A model generated the notes under the pieces. That model made no database searches, was not told the DNA's origin, and saw only the letters and a program-made list of their open reading frames with translations. A stretch of 34,154 nt of DNA from positions 1 to 34,154 of the forward strand of contig DATDJA010000089.1 of the NCBI GenBank assembly GCA_036520795.1, read 5' to 3'. The DNA comes from Candidatus Limnocylindrales bacterium. GTDB taxonomy: Bacteria > Chloroflexota > Limnocylindria > Limnocylindrales > CSP1-4. The translations under genes were made by a program, and so were the position numbers. Positions 8,758 through 17,254 of the stretch are shown here, piece after piece (the stretch's first letter is position 1; each line of letters opens with the position of its first letter).

Positions 8758-8796
8758 GCGAGCCTCCGTGGCCTTCCGTTTGCGTGGTCATGACGG

Positions 8797-10299
8797 CTAC
8801 TCGGCGTCCGGCGAGCCAGAGAACTGGGCGATCCGGAACACCACGAACTCGGCCGGCTTCACGGGCGCGATGCCGATGTCGATGATCAGCTGGCCGGCAT
8901 CGCGGACCTCGGGCGGGTTGTTCTCCTCGTCGCACTTGACGAAGAACGCCTGGTCGGGCGTCGCGCCGAACAGCGCGCCGTCACGCCAGACCCGCAGCAG
9001 GAACGCGTTGATGGTCCGCTTCACGCGGCCCCACAGGCGCTGGTCGTTGGGCTCGAAGACCACCCACTGGGTGCCCTCGAAGATGGACTCCTCGATGTAG
9101 TTGAACAGGCGCCGCACGTTGAGGTAGCGCCAGGACGGATCGCTCGAGATCGTCCGCGCGCCCCACACCCGGATGCCGCGACCGGGGAAGGCCCGGATGC
9201 AGTTGATTCCGTTGGGGTTGAGCTGGTCGTGCTCGGCCTTGGTCAGGTTGAGCGCGAGGCTGATCGCGCCCCGAACGACCTCGTTGGCCGGCGCCTTGTG
9301 GACGCCGCGGGTGTCGTCGTTGCGGGCCCAGATCCCGGCCGTGTGGCCGGACGGCGGCACGAACTTCGCCTGGCCGGACAGGGGGTCGAAGACCTTGATC
9401 CAGGGCCAGTAGAGGGTCGCGTACTTGCTGTCGTAGCCGGCCTTGTCGACCCGCCACTCCTTGACCTGCTGGGCGTTGAGCCCTGGCGGCGCGTCGAGGA
9501 TGGCGACGCGATCGCCCATCAGCTCGCAGTGGGCGATCATCGCGAGCTGGACGGCCTGGAGGCCCTCCAGATCGATCATGCCCTGCTCGTACACGGCCAT
9601 CAGGTCGGGCACGGACAGCATGGTGACCTCGTCGACGGCCTCGAGTCCGGCGAAGCCGGTCCGGTCGGACGAGTTGCCGACGTAGTCGTCGGGGGTCAGC
9701 CGGGACGGGGCGGCCGCGCTGCCGCCGACGAGGGCGGTCGAGCCGGCGGCCGGCGCCAGGGCGCCGACGTCCTCGATGGTGATCGTCTTCGACTGCGCCT
9801 TGACGACCGTGGCGACGTTCTGCTTGCCGCGCGCCGTGCTGACGTTGTCGAAGGTCTCGACCTCCTTGCCGCCGCGCTTGACGACGAGCTTGAAGTTGCC
9901 TTCCTCGCCCGCGGGCTGGACGTCGATGCTCAGGTCATTCCCTTCCGGACCCGCCTCGAGGGCGGCGACGCGGAAGGCCGGCTTGGCCTTGTCCGTCGAG
10001 CTCGGCAGCTCGGCGCTCGCGGTCGGCGCAACGCCGTCGGCGCCGACGCGCACGACGTACGCGGCCCCGCCACCGTTCAGGAAGTAGCCGTAGATGGCAT
10101 GTGCGAGGTACGAGCCTTCGATGAAGTCGCCGAAGGTGGACGTGAACTGGTTCCAGTTCGTGACCAGGGTCGGCGCGTTGGCCGGCCCGCGAGCGGCCAG
10201 TCCGACGAACGCGGCGACGGCCGTTCCAACGCCCTCGATCGGACGGGACCCGGCCTCCACCTCCTCGACGTAGACGCCGGGCGAGAGATAGTTCGGCAT
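8797..10299 (-). CDS. Contractile tail sheath protein (Afp2/Pvc2-like)
   Basis: The track ORF runs to 10347, but the internal ATG at 10299 gives MPNYLSPGVYVEEVEAGSRPIEGVGTAVAAFVGLA, the canonical sheath N-terminus, preceded by GGAAAGGG. The C-terminal part contains INCIRAFPGRGIRVWGARTIS. Confidence 0.92.
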   Translation of the reverse strand: MPNYLSPGVYVEEVEAGSRPIEGVGTAVAAFVGLAARGPANAPTLVTNWNQFTSTFGDFIEGSYLAHAIYGYFLNGGGAAYVVRVGADGVAPTASAELPSSTDKAKPAFRVAALEAGPEGNDLSIDVQPAGEEGNFKLVVKRGGKEVETFDNVSTARGKQNVATVVKAQSKTITIEDVGALAPAAGSTALVGGSAAAPSRLTPDDYVGNSSDRTGFAGLEAVDEVTMLSVPDLMAVYEQGMIDLEGLQAVQLAMIAHCELMGDRVAILDAPPGLNAQQVKEWRVDKAGYDSKYATLYWPWIKVFDPLSGQAKFVPPSGHTAGIWARNDDTRGVHKAPANEVVRGAISLALNLTKAEHDQLNPNGINCIRAFPGRGIRVWGARTISSDPSWRYLNVRRLFNYIEESIFEGTQWVVFEPNDQRLWGRVKRTINAFLLRVWRDGALFGATPDQAFFVKCDEENNPPEVRDAGQLIIDIGIAPVKPAEFVVFRIAQFSGSPDAE

Positions 10300-10484
10300 G
10301 CGTTGCCCTTTCCGGATGCAGGGATCCCGATGACGTGACCGTCCCACCCAATCGAGGGCCGAACAAGGCCCGAGAGGGCGCGCGGGAGGGCGGGCGCCAT
10401 TGCCCGAAGGGGCGACCAGCGGTGCCCGGACGGATGCCCCGCGACCGACTGGCGCCGCGGCCCGGCTGAACCGACGATCGGTGG
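10300..10484. promoter_or_regulatory. Divergent intergenic region between the sheath operon and the cap/ATPase operon
   Basis: 185 bp is the only sizeable non-coding gap inside the CIS block, and it is flanked by divergent starts. I could not pick out clear -10/-35 elements. It contains a GGGATCCC palindrome at 10321..10328. Confidence 0.4.
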
Positions 10485-11210
10485 GTGATCTACGACGTCG
10501 ATCAGCTGCTCGAGAAGCTGGTCAAGCGCGACGCGCTCAACGGCTCGTCCGTCGACCTCGTGTTCGACGCGCCGACCAAGGACTGGGTCGCGCGCAGGAG
10601 CGGTCCCGCGGTCGACCTGTACCTGTACGACATCCGCGAGGACATCGCGCGCCGCGTGCCCGCGTGGGAGGACGTCCGCGACCCGGGCGGCACCGTGACC
10701 CGGCGCCGGCAGCCGCCGCGGCGCTTCCGCCTCGCCTATCTCGTCACGGCGTGGACGCAGCGGCCCGAGGATGAGCACCGCCTGCTGTCCTCGTTGCTCG
10801 CCTGCTTCCTGCGCAACCCGATGATCAAGCCCGAGGACCTCGACGACCCCCTGAACGAGGCCGACCTGCCGGTCTACCTCGAGGTCGCCCAGCCACCCAG
10901 CCAGGAGCGGTCGCTGGCCGACGTGTGGTCCGCCCTCGGCGGCGAGCTCAAGCCATCGCTGGACCTCGTGGTCGTGGCCCCGATGGTGGTCGACTCGAGC
11001 ACCTACTTCGGGCCGCCGATCCAGGAGGGACCGTCGATCGGCATCGCCTCGACCAACGGCGCCAGCGAGCGCCGCAGCGGCGGCCGCAAGGCCGAGGGAC
11101 CGCTCGAGATCGAGCCGTCCACCACCGAGCTGCTGCCGGCGAACGCGGGCGCGAAGGACGGCGGGGTCAGGCTCCGTGTCAGCGGCGTCCGGCGCCCGCC
11201 GCACCGATGA
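10485..11210 (+). CDS. DUF4255 / Pvc16-Afp16-like tail terminator (cap) protein
   Basis: 241 aa. VDLVFDAPTKDWVARRSGPAVDLYLYDIREDIARR...RRFRLAYLVTAWTQRPEDEHRLLSSLLACFL is the characteristic DUF4255 core. Confidence 0.88.
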   Translation: MIYDVDQLLEKLVKRDALNGSSVDLVFDAPTKDWVARRSGPAVDLYLYDIREDIARRVPAWEDVRDPGGTVTRRRQPPRRFRLAYLVTAWTQRPEDEHRLLSSLLACFLRNPMIKPEDLDDPLNEADLPVYLEVAQPPSQERSLADVWSALGGELKPSLDLVVVAPMVVDSSTYFGPPIQEGPSIGIASTNGASERRSGGRKAEGPLEIEPSTTELLPANAGAKDGGVRLRVSGVRRPPHR

Positions 11211-11217
11211 CCGGGCG

Positions 11218-13335
11218 ATGAGCCGGGCCGCGCCGGCGAGCGCGGAACCCGAGCTCGGCTCGCCGGACCCGTCCCTGCGCTACCTGCTCGGGCGGCTGTC
11301 CCTGGTCGAGCGCCTGGTGCGGTCCGCGGTGGATCGCCGCCGCGCCGTCGACGCGGATCCCGGCGACCGGTTCCGTGGCCTGTACATCTCGGACGAACAG
11401 GTCGACGGGCTGCTCGACCACGCCTCTGGACCGCTCGTCCCGCAGGTGGACGAGGCCGACCTCACCTTGCGCGCGGCCCTCGAGGCGCGCGCGTCCGAGG
11501 AGGAGCAGGCCGGCGCCGGGCTCCGGCTGCGCACGATGGCGCGCGCCTTCGATCTCGAGCCGATCGACGTCGAGCTCCTGCTGATCGCCCTCGCGCCGGA
11601 CCTCGACCCGCGCTTCGAGCGCCTGTACGGCTACCTCCACGACGACGTCTCGCGCCGGCGCGCGAGCGTCGGCCTGGCGATCGAGCTATGCAGCCCCGCG
11701 GCCGCCTCGGACGGCGCCCGGATCCGTGCGCGGCTGGGGCCCATGGCGCCGCTGCTGGCGGGACGGCTGCTGCTCATCGAGGACGTCGACCGCCCGTCGC
11801 TCACCCGCCCGCTGCGGGTCCCGGATCGGGTCACGGCCCACCTCCTGGGCGACGACAGCCCGGACCCCGTCGTGGAAGCGCTGCTCACCCCGTCGGTGGC
11901 CGTCGAGGTCGACGAGGTCGACGTCGTCGCGCACGGACTCAGGGCCGGCCTCGGGCTCGTGTACGTCCGGGAGCGCCCCGGCGCCTCCGGCCAGTCGCTT
12001 GGCCTCACGGCACTCGCGCGCCTCGGCCGTCCGGCGCTCGGGCTCGACCTCGGGCGGATGGCGGCGGGCGACGATCCGGCACTCATAGCTGTTGCGGCGT
12101 CCCGCGAGGCACGGCTGCGCGGCGCCGGGCTGGTCGTCGGGCCGGTCGAGCCGCTCGTGGAGCGCGGTGCGACGGCCGTCCGCGCGTTCGCGGAGCTGCC
12201 GGGTCCGGTGATCCTGGTCGGGGGGCGTGACTGGGACCCCGCCTGGTCGCGCGATCCGCCGCTCGTCGTGGACGCGCCGGTACCGGCGCTGGCGACCCGC
12301 CACGACCTGTGGGTCACCTCGCTCAACGGCGACCAGCCCGAGGGCTTCGACCCCGCCGCGGCGACGATCGCCTTCCGGCTCACGCCCGAGCAGATCGACC
12401 GGGCCGCCCAGGCCGCCCGCCACGCCGCGACGGCCGCCGACCGCACGATGACCGTGGCCGACGTCGCGGCCGGCGCGCGTGCCCAGAACGCCGCCGGCCT
12501 CGAGCGCCTCGCGCGACGGATCGAGCCCTCCGTTGCCTGGAAGGACCTCGTGCTGCCGGGGGTCGTCGAGGCCCAGCTGCGCGAGCTCACCGCCCGGGCC
12601 CGGCACCGCGACCGCGTGGTCGGGGAGTGGCGCATGGGCACGACCGGCGCGCGCGGGATCGGGATCACGGCCCTGTTCGCCGGCGACTCCGGGACCGGCA
12701 AGACGATGTCGGCCGAGGTCGTTGGCCACGACCTGGCGCTCGACGTCTACGTGATCGACCTCTCGACGGTCGTCGACAAGTACATCGGCGAGACCGAGAA
12801 GAACCTCGACCGGATCTTCACCGAGGCCGACCGAGTCAACGGGATCCTGCTGTTCGACGAGGCGGACGCGCTGTTCGGCAAGCGTTCGGAGGTCAAGGAC
12901 GCCCGCGACCGGTACGCGAACGTCGAGGTCGCCTACCTGCTCCAGCGGATGGAGCGCTTCGACGGCGTCGCGATCCTGACGACCAACCTGCGTTCCAACG
13001 TCGACGAGGCGTTCGTGCGGCGGCTCGACGCGATCATCGACTTCCCGATGCCCGAAGAGGAGCACCGGCGGCTGCTGTGGGAGCGCAACCTGGCGCCCGA
13101 GCTCCCCGTGCAGGACGGCATCGACCTCGACTTCCTCGCCCGCCGATTCAAGATCTCCGGCGGCAACATCCGCAACGTGTGCGTGACCGCCGCCTACCTG
13201 GCCGCCGCCGCCGACCGCCCGGTCAGCATGGCCGACCTCGTCCGCGCAACCGAGCGCGAGTACCGCAAGCTCGGCCGGCTCACCGTCGAGGCGGAGTTCG
13301 GCGAGTACTACGACCTGGTCACGGCCACCGAGTGA
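11218..13335 (+). CDS. AAA+ ATPase (Afp15/Pvc15-like CIS assembly/cargo-loading ATPase)
   Basis: Walker A is FAGDSGTGKTM. Walker B is ILLFDEADALFGKR. The second region of homology is AILTTNLRSNVDEAFVRRLD. The ATG at 11218 is chosen here, but the in-frame GTG at 11176, which overlaps the cap gene, is also possible. Confidence 0.92.
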   Translation: MSRAAPASAEPELGSPDPSLRYLLGRLSLVERLVRSAVDRRRAVDADPGDRFRGLYISDEQVDGLLDHASGPLVPQVDEADLTLRAALEARASEEEQAGAGLRLRTMARAFDLEPIDVELLLIALAPDLDPRFERLYGYLHDDVSRRRASVGLAIELCSPAAASDGARIRARLGPMAPLLAGRLLLIEDVDRPSLTRPLRVPDRVTAHLLGDDSPDPVVEALLTPSVAVEVDEVDVVAHGLRAGLGLVYVRERPGASGQSLGLTALARLGRPALGLDLGRMAAGDDPALIAVAASREARLRGAGLVVGPVEPLVERGATAVRAFAELPGPVILVGGRDWDPAWSRDPPLVVDAPVPALATRHDLWVTSLNGDQPEGFDPAAATIAFRLTPEQIDRAAQAARHAATAADRTMTVADVAAGARAQNAAGLERLARRIEPSVAWKDLVLPGVVEAQLRELTARARHRDRVVGEWRMGTTGARGIGITALFAGDSGTGKTMSAEVVGHDLALDVYVIDLSTVVDKYIGETEKNLDRIFTEADRVNGILLFDEADALFGKRSEVKDARDRYANVEVAYLLQRMERFDGVAILTTNLRSNVDEAFVRRLDAIIDFPMPEEEHRRLLWERNLAPELPVQDGIDLDFLARRFKISGGNIRNVCVTAAYLAAAADRPVSMADLVRATEREYRKLGRLTVEAEFGEYYDLVTATE

Positions 13336-13356
13336 AGGTGCTCATGGAGACGTCCG

Positions 13357-14088
13357 ATGCTGCCGCCGCCCGCTGACCGATCCGCAACGCCCGACCCGCT
13401 CGATGAGGCGCTCGCCGCCCTCGACGTGCGCGCAAAGGCGCTCAGTGACGCCGCGAACGACCTGTTCAAGGCCGTCGCCCGGGTCGTCGCCGACGCGGTC
13501 CTGACCGCGGCCGCGCAAATCGTGGAGGCGCAGGCCGACCACAGCCTCGAGCTGGGCGCCAAGGGCCTCAGGCAGCTGCGGGCCGAGATCGACGGCTGGT
13601 GCGACCAGGTGGACGCGGCGACGCGCCGGCGCCTGATCGCCCCGGACGGTAGCCCGCCGATCTGGCCCCAGGCGTGGACGTTTCCGACCCCGCCGGTGAC
13701 CATCCCCGATGCCGACCGTGTTCCGTTCACCGGGGTCGGCCAGCCGCCCCCACCGCGGATCGACAACGCGATCCGGTCACTGGTCGCGGACGGCGTCGCC
13801 GCCCTCGTCGCGGCCGGGTACGACCTCGGCACCGACCCGGACTGGGAGACCGCGGCGGACGGCCGCGCGGTCCGCTTCGCCGGCCTCTATCGGCCGTCGC
13901 CGGTCCTGTTGAGCAGGGCGCGCGCATATTCGAACCGGCGCAGCGCCTACATCAGCGCGGTCGATCGCGTGCTGTGGTTGCGAGCGGTCGCCGCGGCCGA
14001 GGCGGCCGAGGCGGCGGCCAATCGTGACCGGGAGGCGAAGCGCGCGAAGGCGGCCCAGCACTGGGCGGAGGCCGGCTCCCGGGACTAG
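13357..14088 (+). CDS. Hypothetical protein (helical N- and C-terminal segments), last gene of the cap/ATPase arm
   Basis: 243 aa with strong G/C third-position bias in this frame. The overlapping minus-strand ORF 13308..13832 has shadow-frame composition. I recognised no motif. Confidence 0.6.
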   Translation: MLPPPADRSATPDPLDEALAALDVRAKALSDAANDLFKAVARVVADAVLTAAAQIVEAQADHSLELGAKGLRQLRAEIDGWCDQVDAATRRRLIAPDGSPPIWPQAWTFPTPPVTIPDADRVPFTGVGQPPPPRIDNAIRSLVADGVAALVAAGYDLGTDPDWETAADGRAVRFAGLYRPSPVLLSRARAYSNRRSAYISAVDRVLWLRAVAAAEAAEAAANRDREAKRAKAAQHWAEAGSRD

Positions 14089-14095
14089 GGGACGG

Positions 14096-14776
14096 TCAGG
14101 CTGGTGCGACGGCGGTCGCCGACATCGCGACCGGGATGAACACCCCGCCGTCGTCGACGATGAAGGTCACCGTGGCCGTAACCTTGTCGCCGGCCTCGAG
14201 CACCGGCAGCTCGGCCGTCGTCTCCGCGTCCCAGCCGGGGCCGGCCTCGACGCGCCCGAGATCGAACCCGGCCAGGGCATTGGCCGGGTTCTCCATCCCG
14301 CGCCAGACCGCGACCTTGGCACGCCCCGACGCGAGCTCGACTGGGAGCGTCCCGGTGCCGCGCTGGACCAGGCGGATCCGCGCGCGTCCGTCCGTCAGCC
14401 CGACCTCAAGCGCGATCGCCGCAACGGGCGCATCCGTGCGCGCATCGGCGATCCGCCGGCACGCCGCCAGCAGGTCGCCCCACGGCGGGTCGGCCTCGGC
14501 GCCCGCCTCGAAGACCGACCGTGCGCCGCCAACCTCGAGCTGCTCCACGCTGGCGTCGGCCGGCAGCGACCCGGGCCGCGGCGCGGCCGCCGACCCGACG
14601 GCCGACACCAGCCCCTCGAGCTCCGAGACCACCCCGGCCGGGAGCGACCCGCCGAACCGGCCGACGACGGGCGCGATCGACCGCCACAGCCGGAACGAGC
14701 CGTCGGCTTCGACGTCGAGGAGCTCGCGTTCGGGCGGCGGCATCGACGACAGCCGCCGCCACGTGACCAGCGTCAT
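14096..14776 (-). CDS. Protease-associated partner protein A (candidate inhibitor/immunity or loading adaptor), paralog of 19060..19788
   Basis: The internal ATG at 14776 forms an ATGA overlap with the stop of the upstream protease (14773..14776). The product begins MTLVTWRRLSSMPPPERELLDVEADGSFRLWRSIAPVVGRFGGSLPAGVVSELEGLV and aligns with partner B. The track ORF 14096..15325 has a spurious N-terminal extension. Confidence 0.75.
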   Translation of the reverse strand: MTLVTWRRLSSMPPPERELLDVEADGSFRLWRSIAPVVGRFGGSLPAGVVSELEGLVSAVGSAAAPRPGSLPADASVEQLEVGGARSVFEAGAEADPPWGDLLAACRRIADARTDAPVAAIALEVGLTDGRARIRLVQRGTGTLPVELASGRAKVAVWRGMENPANALAGFDLGRVEAGPGWDAETTAELPVLEAGDKVTATVTFIVDDGGVFIPVAMSATAVAPA

Positions 14777-16497
14777 CGTGGCCCCGACGTCCAGGTGAGG
14801 TCTGGGTAGGCGCCGCGGACGATTCGCACGAACTCCTCGAGGTGCCGGGGCTCGACGGCGTGGTCGTGCGGCGTCACGCCGCCCAGGACCTCCGGGTTGC
14901 CCATGATGCTCCGGCTGGCGTACGAGAACACCGACTGGATCGTCCACTTGCTGCCCTCGGGCAGCTTGTCCCGCATCGCCTGGACCAGCGACTTGGAGAA
15001 CCAGCCGTCGTACTTGTCGTTGTACGCGGTCTGGACCTCCTGTGCGAAGTCGCCCTGCTGGGGGACGCCGCCGACGATGAGGCCGACAGCGGTCAGGAGC
15101 GTCGTCGCCGTCGGGGCGCGCTGGGTCGCGTCGCGCAGGTACAGCGCATTGTGGAGATCGACGGCGATCTCGGCCGCCGTCTTGCCCGAGGCGTTGGCGG
15201 GGCCGGTGATGTCCTGGCCGGTGATCTTCTTGTAGTCGCCGTGGGTCCGCTGGTACTCGTCCTGGAGGCCGATGAGGTGGCCAAACTCGTGCGGCGCGGT
15301 CGTGGCGTCCATGAGCGGGAACCACATCCCGGCGTTCGCCCGGTCTTCCACCGACTGCGTGCCCGGGACCTTGTTGTCCTTCACCCGGATCGACTTCTCG
15401 GCGCCGGACCGGTTCTCGATCCCGAACCGGATCGGGATCTTGAGCCCGCCTGTCTCGACTGCGGCGAACTTGTTCCAGACCGTGTCGATCTGGGACTGCC
15501 AGGTGGCGATCGGCGCTGTCACGCCGGCGTCGGGCTTGAAATCGACCGGGACCCGGACGGTGAGCTCGCGCTGCTGGAGCACGTACTCGAACCGGCCCTG
15601 GACGGTGGTCGTCTCGCCCTCCGTCATGTGCTGGTCGATCTCGTTGGTGAAGGTCCCGGCCGCCTGGACCTGCAGCAGGTCGAGCGCCTTGCGCAGGTCG
15701 CTGCCGCTGAGCTCGTCCTGCAGGTCGCGGTCGAGGTGGTTGCCGGTCAGCGCCAGGTACTCCCGCTGGATGGCCAGGATCTCCTCGGGCTCACGACCCG
15801 TGAGCGCGTTGAAGATCTCGTCTTCCTCGGTGCCCCAGCCCGCCATCGCCTCCTTGAGGTGGACGGCGGTGACCTTCGCCCGCTCGGTCGCGGCGGTCGC
15901 CCGTTCGCCCTCGGTGAGGGTCGACTCGTCCGCGGTCGGTGCCATCGACTGGGTGACGCGCGCGAGCTCGGAGTCGTTGAGCTCGTCGCGCAGCTCCGCG
16001 TCGAGGTCCTTGTTGGCGACGCTCTTGTAGGCCTTGCGGATCTCGTCCATGTCGGCGGCCGTCCGGCCGGCGAGCGCGCCGTAGATCGCCTCTTCGTCGG
16101 TACCCCAGCCGCGCATCGCGTCGTCGAGGCGCCGCGCGATCTGGGTCGCCTGGTCCGGGGAGACTGCGCGCTGCACCGTGAGTCCCGGCCCGGCCGTCCC
16201 GCCGGCGGGCGTGCGCTGGAGGGCCTCGACGGTTGCCCGGTTGCCCGCGGTCGCCTGGAGGTCGACCACGCCGGCCGGATCGAGGACGCTCGCCTCGATG
16301 GTCGATGCGCTCGCCGCGAGGGGCCCCGCCGCCGGCTCCAGCGTGAGCCGGGGCCCGCCGGTCGCGGGGGCGGCGGCAGACGACCGGCCGGCCGGCGATC
16401 GCGTGGCGCGGGTCTGCATGCCGGCGATCGTATCGACGTGCCCCGGGATCGGGCTGCCCATTGGGGCAGACTTCCGGGCGGTCGTGGCCGAGGCCAT
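14773..16497 (-). CDS. Annexin-repeat / metzincin-like zinc metalloprotease fusion (CIS cargo candidate A)
   Basis: The N-terminal ~115 aa are low complexity and carry the DLQATAGNRATVEALQR motif. Two annexin repeats follow (GWGTDEEAIYGALAGRTAADMDEIRKAYKSVANKDLDAELRDELNDSEL and GWGTEEDEIFNALTGREPEEILAIQREYLALTGNHLDRDLQDELSGSDL). The zinc site is APHEFGHLIGLQDEY, with a candidate Met-turn at SRSIMG. No Sec signal peptide. Alternative starts at 16461 and 16419. Confidence 0.88.
   Translation of the reverse strand: MASATTARKSAPMGSPIPGHVDTIAGMQTRATRSPAGRSSAAAPATGGPRLTLEPAAGPLAASASTIEASVLDPAGVVDLQATAGNRATVEALQRTPAGGTAGPGLTVQRAVSPDQATQIARRLDDAMRGWGTDEEAIYGALAGRTAADMDEIRKAYKSVANKDLDAELRDELNDSELARVTQSMAPTADESTLTEGERATAATERAKVTAVHLKEAMAGWGTEEDEIFNALTGREPEEILAIQREYLALTGNHLDRDLQDELSGSDLRKALDLLQVQAAGTFTNEIDQHMTEGETTTVQGRFEYVLQQRELTVRVPVDFKPDAGVTAPIATWQSQIDTVWNKFAAVETGGLKIPIRFGIENRSGAEKSIRVKDNKVPGTQSVEDRANAGMWFPLMDATTAPHEFGHLIGLQDEYQRTHGDYKKITGQDITGPANASGKTAAEIAVDLHNALYLRDATQRAPTATTLLTAVGLIVGGVPQQGDFAQEVQTAYNDKYDGWFSKSLVQAMRDKLPEGSKWTIQSVFSYASRSIMGNPEVLGGVTPHDHAVEPRHLEEFVRIVRGAYPDLTWTSGPR
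15253..15294. repeat. 42-nt segment, inverted near-copy of 18476..18517 (zinc-site codons)
   Basis: The reverse complement ccgcacgagtttggccacctcatcggcctccaggacgagtac matches 18476..18517 at 39 of 42 positions. All 3 differences are synonymous third positions. Confidence 0.9.
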
Positions 16498-16521
16498 TGC
16501 GGAGGCTGCCGCGGTGGCCGA

Positions 16522-16541
16522 TCCTGTAGTCAGCTACAGGA
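16522..16541. promoter_or_regulatory. 8-bp perfect inverted repeat (TCCTGTAG-tcag-CTACAGGA) overlapping the Shine-Dalgarno of the DUF4157 gene
   Basis: Read directly: 16522..16529 is the reverse complement of 16534..16541. AGGAGG at 16538..16543 lies 6 nt before ATG 16550. The repeat sits in the ~52-bp gap between the two divergent cargo operons. Confidence 0.5.
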
Positions 16542-16549
16542 GGACCGCC

Positions 16550-17251
16550 ATGCGCGATTTCGAGTTGGAAGCCGCCCGCGGCGTCCCGATTGCACCGGAG
16601 CGTGACCTGCCCACGCCGGCGACGGCCGAGTCAGCCCCGGTCGCCCCGGGTCGCTCGCCCGCGCTCGACGCGGCGACGCTGATGCACCTGCAGCGGACCG
16701 CCGGCAATGCCGGGGTCGTGCAGATGCTGGCGGGCGAGGATGAGCAGGTTTCGCCGGTCCACGACGTAGTCGGGTCGGGCGGCGGCTCGGCGCTCGACGC
16801 CGGGACCCAGTCGACGATGGAGTCGGCGTTCGGCCAGTCGTTCGACAACGTCCGCGTCCACACCGACGACCAGGCGTCGCAGTCGGCGGAGTCCGTCGGC
16901 GCGAACGCCTATACGGTCGGCTCGGACATCGTGTTCAAGAGCGGCCAGTTCGATCCCGGCAGTGCATCGGGCCAGAAGACCATCGCGCATGAGCTGGCCC
17001 ACGTCGTCCAGCAGTCGCGTGGGCCGGTCGACGGTTCGGAGGCGGCCGGCGGCATCCGCGTCAGCGACCCGTCGGACCGCTTCGAGCGCGCCGCCGACGC
17101 GACCGCGGAGCAGGTGATGGCCTCGGTCTCGTCCTCGCAGCCGTCCGCGTCGGATGCCGGCGCGCTGCAGCGGGAGGAAGACCCGCTGTCCGCCCCCGCC
17201 GCCGTCCAGCGCGAGGCGCTGCCCGAGGAAGAGGAAGAGCCGGGGAGCTGA
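16550..17251 (+). CDS. DUF4157 (eCIS-associated HExxH) domain protein
   Basis: ATG at 16550 with a perfect AGGAGG SD. The N-terminal motif is MHLQRTAGNAGVVQMLAG. The DUF4157 core is LDAGTQSTMESAFGQSFDNVRVHTDDQASQSAESVGANAYTVGSDIVFKSGQFDPGSASGQKTIAHELAHVVQQ. The tail is acidic (EEEEEPGS). The track ORF start at 16178 lies inside the opposite-strand gene. Confidence 0.88.
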   Translation: MRDFELEAARGVPIAPERDLPTPATAESAPVAPGRSPALDAATLMHLQRTAGNAGVVQMLAGEDEQVSPVHDVVGSGGGSALDAGTQSTMESAFGQSFDNVRVHTDDQASQSAESVGANAYTVGSDIVFKSGQFDPGSASGQKTIAHELAHVVQQSRGPVDGSEAAGGIRVSDPSDRFERAADATAEQVMASVSSSQPSASDAGALQREEDPLSAPAAVQREALPEEEEEPGS

Positions 17252-17254
17252 TCG

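Noticed and set aside
10321-10328. GGGATCCC palindrome and scattered CGGATGC words in the sheath/cap divergent region, as operator candidates.
   Set aside because: The palindrome is too short and too GC-rich to stand out from chance in this composition, and no partner half-sites were seen.
10300-10347. N-terminal extensions in the ORF track. These are sheath to 10347, partner A to 15325, the DUF4157 gene from 16178, P5 from 26079, the LuxR-type gene to 20548 (TTG), ADH to 34150 and partner B from 19039.
   Set aside because: The extensions overlap neighbouring genes or lack an RBS. Internal starts give canonical N-termini (MPNYLSPGVYVEEV for sheath), SD sequences or the ATGA/GTGA/TGATG coupling seen throughout the locus.
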